From Octopus vulgaris (taxonomy: Eukaryota), in NCBI GenBank assembly GCA_951406725.2, contig OX597834.1, positions 24,304,001 through 24,368,000 on the forward strand: a DNA stretch of 64,000 bases, written 5' to 3'. Both the position numbers and the translations under genes were made by a program. Positions 34,340 through 45,627 of this stretch are shown piece after piece. The notes under the pieces were generated by a model. It had not been told where the DNA came from. It saw only the letters and a list, made by a program, of their open reading frames with translations, and made no database searches. Every line of letters starts with the position of its first letter. Position 1 is the first letter of the stretch.

Positions 34340-37300
34340 GTAACTTACATTTCACATGTATAGAAACATATATATTTATTTATGCACACATATACATTGA
34401 AATAATAGATGGAAATCATTCGAGTAAAAACTAATTTGTTATTATTTGTAGTAAGAGTAGGTTTAAATAAGAAATATTCTGTTCTTGAGCCGACTTCGTT
34501 ATTTTGGTTCTGTGTTTGTTATTAATGTTGGAAACCGAATTTAACGAAGAATTAATGTCTAACCGTTTTTATTCTTTAATATTCCTCTTTCGTAATTCTC
34601 ATAATTACGATAGTTTGGAGACATTTAGTCACCCCTAAGACTATTGATCGAATACATCGGTTTTAACGCAACTTTAGATACGTTCTACTTTAAAATAAAT
34701 AAATTATATAATGGTAAATGAAAGTAAATTATTCCGGGATAGTCTTGGAAAATTTATATTAAAGTCCGTATAACGTCAGTATAATAATTATTTTAAAGTG
34801 CGACGTTGTACCAGGAAAAAATGTAAATAAATAATATTAAAATAAAAATATACCGGCAAGACTTCCGCCCGTCCCAAGTCTTACCAATATTCCAGATATA
34901 TTTATACTTTGGTGTATTTTTGTATGCTTTTTTGACAAACGAAATAGTTTTGACCGTTGGAAAATTATGTTTAAGTCAGAAAGACAGAAATGTAGTTACG
35001 TTAAAGTCTGCATTAACAATTATATTTACTTCTTCATTAAAGAATGTAAAATAATTAATATTTAAATTGGTTAATGCTTACTTTAACACTCGGTCAACAA
35101 AACAAAAAAAAAGGGTAATAGGTGTAAAAAAAAAATGTGTATTGAACGAATATAACAAAAATTTGCGCCAAAGAACCGATTATAAAGAAATTTGTGGGGA
35201 AAATTTTTTCCGAGGGGTGGAGAGAGGACTTTCGAAGGAAACGAAATTCGTAAATTATTTTTTTTTGAGTGTAATGGAAAAAAGTTTGAAAATGAAATTT
35301 TTAGATTCATTTATTTTTCGTTTGAGTTAAAGAAAAAGGTTTTAAAATAGATCACATGTACCATGGCGAGGGAAATAAATTCATAAATACGGTGTTGAAT
35401 ATGGCTTCATTATGGAAAAAAAAAAAAGTGAAGGGCGTTTTAGCTATTGTTTTTAGCACATCTCATGGCCATCTGATACCGTGTTTGTTTAATATTTTCG
35501 GTTAATTACTTCAGGTTCTTTCGGTCAGGAAGAGCTGTATGGAATGTTTCACAGTATTAAAAAAAAAACAAAAAAAACGGGGGCCAGCGCTGGGGGTAAG
35601 AAGAGATGTATTGAATGTTTTGGCGCAAATATTTGTTCTCATATTCGTTTAATAAACATTTTTTACTTCTTTTTTTATTTGTTTTGGTGGCCAGGTGTTA
35701 AAGTAAACATCAACTTTAAAGATTGTTGATGTTTTGTGTTGATATATTTCTGTGTAGATGTTTTTATATTTTGATATATTTCTGTATACCAAACAAATAA
35801 GTTCTGTTAAAAATTTGGAAATTGTGTTATATTTTAGTCAAATATGTTTTTAAAATCCAGACATAAAGTTATGTTAAAGTTCATTTTAACTTTCTTTAAA
35901 TTTTATTTGGAGCAAAGTTAAAATAAATAATAATATTGAAATATAACATTCCAAGGATATTTATATTTTGGTATATTTCTATATTTTTAGCCAACAAAAA
36001 TTGTTAAAATGTCATGATTTGACAGAGTTTAAGGGAGACAATTCCGGATTCGTTCGTCTCGTGGTTTGTTGACAACAAAAAAACAGAAACCAGGATCCAT
36101 CTTTAGTTTTTTAAATGAAGTTATCAACTTTCTTTCAGGAACCGAATGTTACTGACATTAGGACAATCTACTAAAAAAAAACTGGAGAAACATAACAGTG
36201 TTATCAATCTTTTAGTCAAAGTTTCATCGGTCTCTTTCAAAATCCTTTACAACTGGTTACTAGGGAATAACCATTAAGCTAACTAGTTGATTTGTTATTA
36301 AACTTACGTAATTTGCATAAATTTGCATAAAAGTTCGTTCGGCTAAAACTGTAAAAAAAACTTTTGGCCGTTAATATTTCATCAAAATCTTTGTTGTTTA
36401 ATCCTAGGCAAGCTTTGGTAAGTTGATTAATAAATAACTCCCAATCGAAACAAAATAGCCACACTTGCAGATCAAAGGTGTTCCAACCATCAAAGCCCCG
36501 TCCCATCTTTTATTCAAACATAGGATTATTAATCTGTTTTAAATCTTTTGACTCCGGTTAATAGTTTATTAGTAACTGGTTACTAGGGAAGTTAACTCAT
36601 TGGTAATGTTCCTGACGTGGTCCGTCAATAGGAGAGAGTTGTAGAATCCTAACGCTTTTGGGCCCTTACACAATTTTTCGTACCTGCCCTGTCAAACGAT
36701 GATATTGAACTTAGCAAATTCTTCTGTAAACACCAATATTTACCTTTACAAAGAATCCTTGGTGTCCCCAAATTTAAAGTTTTACCATTGTGAATAATTA
36801 TCACTTTAACATTGTATTCCTCATTGATATTTCTTCTTGAGAAGATTTAGTGAATTTCATATGATTGTTGTTCTTAATCAACAATTATATGATTGAACTG
36901 ACATATAATCGAAGACGGTCCAATCGTGACAGTCCTGCCTGCTTCGTGTATCTATGACAATTTAAGATAGTATTGTGTTATTTTGAGGGAGATGTTACAT
37001 ATGAAAGGAGATTTTGAGGAAACTTTAATGTTTTTATACTCCATCAAAATAGTCACTTTTGTTTTTAGCACCAAGCCATCCTTGAGGTGGCCTATGATCA
37101 AAGGTCTTCCAGCTAACACCTGCCATCATTTATAACATGATTGGGGATTTGGTTGTATGAAACAACTTTTGAAAAAACTTTACTGTCTATCAAAGTCTTC
37201 ATTGTTATCTTTAGCACTCAGCATTGTCTGAGATACTCTATGATCAAAAGACTTGCTTTTGACCAACTTGGTCTTTCTGTGATGATAGGATGTGATTTGA

Positions 37301-37828
37301 GGAAGATTTAGCTGTTGTGTCTAGCATATAAAGCAATTACTACAACAAAAACCATCATTAATATATTTCAGAATGGTGAGGTGGTGAGCTGACAGAATCA
37401 TTAGTAAGTTAGGCATTTCGCCTGTCTTTATGTTCTGAGTTCAAATTCTATTGAGGTTGACTTTGCCTTTCATCCTTTCAGGGTTGATGAACACTGGTGG
37501 GGGTCAATGTAATCGACTTACCCCACTGCCCTGAATTTGCTGGCTTTGTGCCAAAATTTGAAATCAATGTCTTTCAGAATGGTGCATTGGTGGAATCATT
37601 AGAGTGCTAGACAAAATAATATGTAGTATTTACAATCCTTTATGTTCTAAGTTCAAATCCTAATGAGGTCAGCTTTGCTTTTCATCCTCCTGTCGATGAT
37701 AAAATAAAGTACAAGTTGAGTACTGGGATCTAATCAAGTACTGTAATTGATATTGACTATGCCTCTTTCCCGAATTTGAGGCTTGTATTAGCAATCATTA
37801 TATTATTTAATATTTTGTTTTTTCAGAG

Positions 37829-38516
37829 ATGGGGAAGAGAAAGCAGGTTGTTCCACAGCGCCGTTCAGACTTATCAACTATAAACTTATTACAAGCATCT
37901 GAATTTAAGGCAGTTGAAGATCAGAGAGTAATATCAAAAGCTAAAAAAAATAAGAAAACTTCTTGTGAGAACTATGCATTCCCAAATGAAAAAACAGAGA
38001 ACTTCTTCAACTTTTGTTTAAATTCTTGCCATTTATTCTTAAAGCTTCATATTTTCTCTGAATTACAAACAAATCTGAAAGGAATGAGACTAATTCCAAT
38101 TGGCCATTTAAAAGTGCAGCTGTTAAACTCTGAACAAAATTTATATGCACAGGAAATTGGGTTGCCGTCTTCTGAAATCGTCTATTGGTATGTTAGCAAT
38201 GAGATTGGCTGCAGTATGTTCTATTTCGAAGAAACTGTTGACCAAAGGGACAGGAAGAATGGTTTTCCTATTAAAGCTAATTTCATTCAAGTCAGCTCTG
38301 ATGTACCAGATGTTGTATTTACTGCATTGAAATGCAACCTTCTATTATTGCAGTGCATTACTATAGATTTTGATGCAGGAATTGCTGATGTGTATGCATT
38401 GATAAAGGAAACTGGATTGACTAAATTGAACTATCCATCGGAAACTTCTCAAATTAAAAGAAATTCTGTGTTTATTAAACAAATAATGAAGTATTTCTAT
38501 GACATCCATGAAGAAA
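37829..38516 (+). CDS. SHPRH: SHPRH coding exon 1 ([12 protein letters not shown]…)
   Basis: tttcag-AG-ATG; GTGAGT donor; 688 nt. Confidence 0.88.
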
Positions 38517-41500
38517 GTGAGTAGAAAAAATATTTGAAATCTGAGCTTTAAATACCACCCTCCCCTCCTGAGAGTGGAGCATGACAGGATTGGTAGCCTG
38601 TTGGAAGAGATACCTTATGGTATTTGTTACATACTTTTATGTTCTGAGTTCAAATTTTGCCCTGGTCAACTTCCTTTAAAAGGTATAGTCATTAAAATAA
38701 TCATAGCACTGATTGCCTTATTTCCATGGTGTATATATTCACTAGATGGGATTTTGGTCCATCTCAGGATTACTCATTTTTGCCAGCTGAGTGGCCTGGA
38801 ACAACATGAAATGAAGTGTTCTGCTCAAGTGCACAACACGTTGACCAGTCCAGAAATCAAAACCACAATCTTACGCTCATGAGTTTAATACCTAACCACC
38901 AAGCCATGTGTTCCTACACCATTAAAAGATTGGTGTCAGTATCAGAATTACAGATATGTTTTAGATTTCTGCCTAAATTTTTCTAAGTTGATTGTGGCTA
39001 TTTTATTGACCCAGAAGATAAAAAAAGCTAAGTTAACCCTTTAGTGTTCAGATTATTCTATCAAATATAATGCTTATTGATTCTCATTGATTTGAATTAA
39101 TCATGCATTACCTCATATCTTCAAGATCTTGATGGTGTAATTACTTAATGTAGAATAACATTGTAGGGTAGGTGTGAGAGCCTGGATCTGGTCAGTTTGA
39201 ACATAAAACAGATTAACTATTTTGGCCGGATATGGCTGGTTTAAATACTAAAGGGTTAAGTTTGGTAGCACTCACACTCATACACACACAATGCATGAGA
39301 TTATAGTGACTTCTCAGTTTACTCTGTTCTCTGTTCATTTCGTCATGTCTGATATGGCGTTCTCTCCTTGTCTACACAAGTTGAAATATTCTTGGTTTCC
39401 TTCGCTTTTTCCCCAAACAAAACTCACACTTAAAACTGAATTGCAGAGTTGTGTGTTGATACTGTTAGTTATAGGCAATCCCAACCCAAATTTGAGTATC
39501 TCTTCATTATTTGCCCCATTGAAGCTCTAGGGTTGCAAAGTTTGCTTCCCAACCACATGGTTTCAGGTTCAATCCCACTGTGTGGCATGGCACCTTCAGC
39601 AAGTATCTTCTACTATAGCCCCAGGCTGACCAAAGTCTTGTGCATGAATTTGGTCAGAGGAGACTAAAAGAAGCTTATCATCCTTGTTATTTTAATGTCT
39701 ACTTTTGTATTTTCATTTTCATTTTATCTAGTTTCAGCTCACGAGCTGTGGCCATGCTGGGGCACCGCCATTGGTTGCATTAGTCAGAGTTTATAGCAAC
39801 ATAGTTTCAAACATGACATTCTTCAACAAAAAATAGACTGGTTGATAAAACTGCTTTCTGAAGTTAAGGGTAATGAAATTTTGAGTAGATGTATATGTGA
39901 TTTTTGCATTAAAAGGGTTAATTTATGATTTTGTAAATTTACAGCTTTTGACAGCAGCATTGCAACCATTAAACCAGATATTGAGGAACTTTTCAATGAG
40001 ATACATAAGATCCATCAGAGGAACCCACTAGATGTCAGTGAAGATCTCCAACCTGCAGCATTAAAACCATTTCTTCGGAATTACCAGAAAAAATCTGTGA
40101 CTTGGATGTTGAAACAAGAAACTACAAATTATCAAGAAAATGGTGAGAATCTCAAAAGAAATCTTTCTTATATCCTTCTGTAATTTAAAATTTTTTATTG
40201 TTTTATTGTGTTGAGTCATAAATAATTTCCGATTTTGTTAAACACCTTTTCTCATGAAAAAACTTTACAAAGAATTATTTTCAATCTTCAGTATCATCAT
40301 CATCATCGTTTAACGTCCACTTTCCATGCTAGCATGGGTTGGACGATTTTGACTGAGGGCTGGCGAACCAGATGGCTGCACCAGGCTCCAGTCTAGATCT
40401 GGCAGAGTTTCTACAGCTGGATGCTCTTCCTAATGCCAACCACTCCGAGAGTGTAGTGGGTGCTTTTTACATGCCACCAGCACGGGGACCAGTCAGGCGG
40501 TACTGGCAATGACCTCACTCGAATCTTTTTACACATGCCACCGGCAAGGGTGCCAGTAAGGCGATGTTGGTAACGATCACGCTCGAATGACCTCTTGCCA
40601 TTTATCAGGTAGCTTTTTGATTCCTCTCAAGTAAAATTCAGTTGGTAAAGAAGCTTTCCACATGTGTCTTCACTTGATCTTCATGAGAAAATGTTTTCCT
40701 CATCAGAGAGTGAGAAAGATGGAAATCAGTTGGTGCAAGATCTTGGTAAATATGATTGATGGGGATGGGGTACAACAGACCAGTCCAAATCCAATATTTT
40801 ATCCTGCGTAACTCTTGCTGAATGGTGGTCTTGCATTATCATGGAGAAGCACAACGTTTCTCCTATTGACGAGTGCAGGACATTTTCTTAAGAGATTTTC
40901 ATGCACACATTGCAACTATTGAGAGTATAAGTCAGAATTTAGCGTTCGATTGCAGTTTAAAAACTCAAAATGAATAATACTGCGGTGATCCGACCATACA
41001 ACGTAACCTTCCTTCCATAGAGCTCAGCCTTTGAAGTAGGTTGTGAAGATTTATCCTTGACAATCCACTGCCTTTTGCATTGAACATTGTCATAAAAGAC
41101 CCATTTTTCATCAGCTGTAATGATATTATTGAGAAACAGGATATTTCTCTGCCCTAAAAGAAAACTTGTCACTATGGACATGTAATCCTCCCTATTCTTC
41201 TCAATAGGCATATGGAGAACCCAAACACCCAGTTTGCTGGTTTTTCCTATCTTTTCTGAGTGGCAGCAGATGATGGATTAGGATATGTTGAAGTCAGTAT
41301 TCCTGAGTACTTTTATGAGGATTGAATTCCACGAATTCTCTGAAAGCATCTTGATTGAAGTCTGTTGAGCGTCCTGGTTTGAGTTGATTTCTCAATGACA
41401 AATCTCCAGAACAAAGCTTTGAAACCAATTCTGCACTTGCTGGTCAGTAATGACACCTTAGCCATGATCACTGTATATTTTCTTAGATGTTTCCATAGTG

Positions 41501-44500
41501 TTTTTTCCATTCTTAAACTCCCGCATCATCACATATCAAATATGCACTTTCAGTTCATCCATTTTAGGGGAGTGAAATTTAATATTAAAATATGATGTGC
41601 ATGCTTTCACTGCTTGAATATGAATGACAGATGAGGCTCTTTTAAAAATGGTAGTTTCCATTTCAATTTTAAACAGCTGAATTTCGAAATGCGTTCTTAC
41701 AATTTACTTCCAAAAAATGGAAATTAATGACTCGACCCAGTATATCAATATATTTCATGATATCACAGGCCAGATTGTTTCATTCTTGGAAAAGTTGTTT
41801 TGACAACTGGATGGTACCTTCTCTTACTAAAGGTGACGAGCTGGCAGAAGCATTAGCATGCCGGACGAAATGTATAGCCGTATTTCTTCTGCCGCTACGT
41901 TCTGAGTTCAAATTCCGCCGAGGTTGACTTTGCCTTTCATCCTTTTTGGGGTCGATAAATAAAGTATCAGTTTCGCACTGGGGGGTCTATGTAATCGACT
42001 TAATCCGTTTGTCTGTCCTTGTTTGTCCCCTCTGTGTTTAGCCCCTTGTGGGTAGTAAAGAAACAGGTACCCTCTCTTACTGAATCTTAGTGTTTCCTGG
42101 ATGAAGCCCTTCCTGAATAATATCCTTTCCAACTATGAATTGATGCAGCAGATTAACAGAGTTGTTAGAGTGTCAGATAGAAGAAATGCTTTGTGGTGTT
42201 TGTTCAGGTTCTCTGCAACACTCCAAGTTCAAACCCCATTATGGTTAACTTTGTGTTTCATCGCTTCATATATGTACATGTTCAAAGGGACTCTTTTGTC
42301 TTGTCTTGCAAGTTACTTAGTGACCCCACCAGTGATGGTGCCATGAACAAAAGCACCTAGTACACACTGTAAAGTGGTTGGAAATTAGGAAGGGCATCCA
42401 GTCATAGAAACTATACCAAAACAGATGAAAGAACTTGCCTGCTTTTGTCAAACTATTCAACCCACGCCAGCACAGAGAACAGATGCTAAAAGATGATGAT
42501 GATTATCTCTCTCTTTCTGTCTCTCTCTCTCTCACTCATACACACACACACTGTCTGCTATAAGTATTATTTATGAAAAAAAGAACTATTTTTTTCTCTT
42601 TCAGCCAATAAGTTGCATCCTCTCTTCACTGACTTCCAGACGTTAGATGGAAGAACCCTTTATTACAACAAGTATGGTGGTTTGTAAGTATTTTAGGGTT
42701 GCCTTTATTTTGGAACTAATGCACTCATGGACATAGCCATATGGAGTTTACTACACAAGCATGTGATTGAGGGTTCAATTCTACTGAGTGACATGTAGGG
42801 CAAGTATCTGTTTGGTCGATTGGTGATTTGTGAATGGAAACTGTGGAATCCTAGTATGTGTGTACACACTTGTACATGCATACACACACACATGTGTATA
42901 TATGTGGGAATGTATGTTTGTGTGTGCATAACTGAGTATATGGTCTCCTTATCTTCACATGTGTTTACTGATTGTAGACCAAATCATCATCATAGAAGCA
43001 ATTGTCATTTGTTTACAGTCTGCTACAAAAGCATGTTTAAGCTGTTTGCTGTCTGATAGAGTGAAGGGTTATCACCTTGTTTGAAAATAGGTAAGGGCTG
43101 GCATCAGGAAGGGTATCTGACCATAAATGTTTCTGCCTTAACGAAGTCTCATCTAGTTGTTTGACCAATGCTGGCATGGAAAAGTCAACATTAAAATGAT
43201 GATGATGATGATGTCTTATTTTAGATTGGTTGAGAAGAGACCAGTTACCAGTATCGCTCCTTCTGGTGGAATTCTGGCTGATGAAATGGGTTTAGGTAAA
43301 ACAGTGGAGGTTCTCTCGTGTTTACTTCTTCATCCATGTCCAAATGAACTACTCACACCTTTTCCTGATTACTATGAAGTTAAACAGAATAATGTTCAGG
43401 TAATACTTATTTTGACTACTGCCCTTTGTACGCCTGTTTGTTTAAAAGTACAATATTTCACATACTATTGAAAATAGCCTTTATTTTATTGTTTGGATTT
43501 ACTAGAAATAGCAACCAATTCCACACTCTTTCAATCATATTTTACTGTCTTATAAAAGAGTGGGACACCTTGGTTGGTGTAGTATTGGCAATATAGCCAT
43601 CTCTCATTATAGGTCTGTTCTGTTAAGGGTGTCCTGAGTGGACATGCAAGCATACATCTATACATGTATGCATATGCACTTCCATACATACATGTGCAGA
43701 GACATGGATTTGTATATATGCACACTTTACATTCTGTGTTCAAATCCTGTCAAAGCCAATTTAGTTTTCATCCTAGGGTTTTAAAAAACATAGGTACCAG
43801 TAATATAATGCGAGTTCATTGAATTCATAGCAATGTTTCCTTATTGATTAATATTTTAATATTTTATAAATTATGTAGCAGATTTTTAAATAGTTCTGGT
43901 ATGAATTTTTAAAAGCCACCTCACAGCTGGTGACCCCAGTGGTGCTGGTGCCATGTAAAAAACACTCAGTACACCCTGTAAAGTGATTGACATTAGAAAA
44001 AGCTTTCAGTTGTAGAAACCCTGCCAAAGCAGACATTGGAATTTGCTACAGTCGTCTGCATCACCAACTCCTGTTGAACTATCCAACTTATGCCAGCATG
44101 GAGAACAAAATTTTAAATGATGATTTTCACTAATTATGATTCTGTGAAATTAATCTCTATTGTTTAATGTTAAAGGAATCAGATACTGATGGAAGAGAAC
44201 TGAATCGAACATTCCAGTGCATTTGTGGAAAGTCTTATTCAACCGATTTTGAATATGAGATCCAGTGTGTTATGTGCAAAATATGGTTACACGGAGAATG
44301 TATTGATTATGAAGAATACATCAATGACCGACCTTTTCTCTGTCCACATTGTCAAGTAGCTTCAGTAAGTGAGATTTTCATATTTTATTGAATGACATAT
44401 TTATATATTTTTTTCATTGGGTTGAGGCCAAGCTTGGGCACTGCCTTGAAGAATTTCTAGTTGAATGAATCAACCCCAGTATTTAATTTTTTTGTTTGTT

Positions 44501-44991
44501 AAGCCTGGTACTTATTCTATCAGTCTCTTATTAAACTGCTAAGTTACAGGGATGTAAACTCACCAACACCAGTTGTCAGGCGGTAGTGGGGGACAAACAT
44601 AGACACAAACACACAGAAGACAGTACTAGTGTAAAACTCATACCTGCACATATAAGACAGTGCTGCTGTTGTAATACTTATATACACATCCTCAGTTATG
44701 TCTCTCAAAAAGCTATTCCATTGATAAATAAAGCTCCCCCCCCACTAACCATCTCCAATCACTGATTCATGTTCTCGTTTGTCTATTATTACAGTGATGT
44801 CACCCCCTCACCCTTCCACTTCTGTGCTTCTGAACACTATCCCTATTTTTATTGTCTTTCTGTTTCTTTCAGGAGCCAGTTCCTTCTGGTGCTACTCTTA
44901 TTGTTGCCCCACTGTCTATCAGGTATCAGTGGCTGGAAGAAATCAAGAAACATGTCAAAGAGAACACTTTCAAAGTTTTTGTATGTTTCTA

Positions 44992-45046
<55 letters not shown>

Positions 45047-45572
45047 GTTGTTTACTTCTATATTTAACAGATAAGGAATTATGTACATTATTTACATTAT
45101 TTACAATTGGTGGATGTTTGTCCTCATCTTGTTTGTTGATATACCCTCCAGCCTTCATCAGGTGTCTTGGGGAAATATCGAACCTGGGTTCTCATTCCGA
45201 AGGTATTTTTCGATGTTGTTATTATTAATATTATTATTGGAATCTTGGGGTTAGTGGCCTGCACTCTTAACCACTATGCCATATGCCCATGGGCAATTAT
45301 GGAGTGAATTTTAGGGCTTATAAATCTAATATTCTACTATCCTTCCTTAATACTGGTTCCCATGTGCTGTTCATATCTGCACTGAGTCTGCTTAGGAAGT
45401 TGTTGTGTTCTAGCATATGTGCTGCTTCTTTTCGTTTTCATATTTTCCCATGGTGTTCTTTGTCTATTATTTTAACATCATCCCACAAGGGGAGGTGGTC
45501 TCCATTTTTCCATACATGATCAGCTACCCCTCTACCCCCAAATTTCAGGCCTTGTGCCTATAGCAGAAAGGA

Positions 45573-45627
<55 letters not shown>

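Noticed and set aside
44769-45228. ORFs with poly-Leu, poly-Tyr, poly-Ile and poly-Asn runs
   Set aside because: Translations of the (ATT)n microsatellite beside SHPRH exon 6.
45438-45440. In-frame TGA in the GIY-YIG fragment as possible selenocysteine
   Set aside because: It sits in a basic stretch where Arg is expected. CGA>TGA decay is simpler, and I see no SECIS element.
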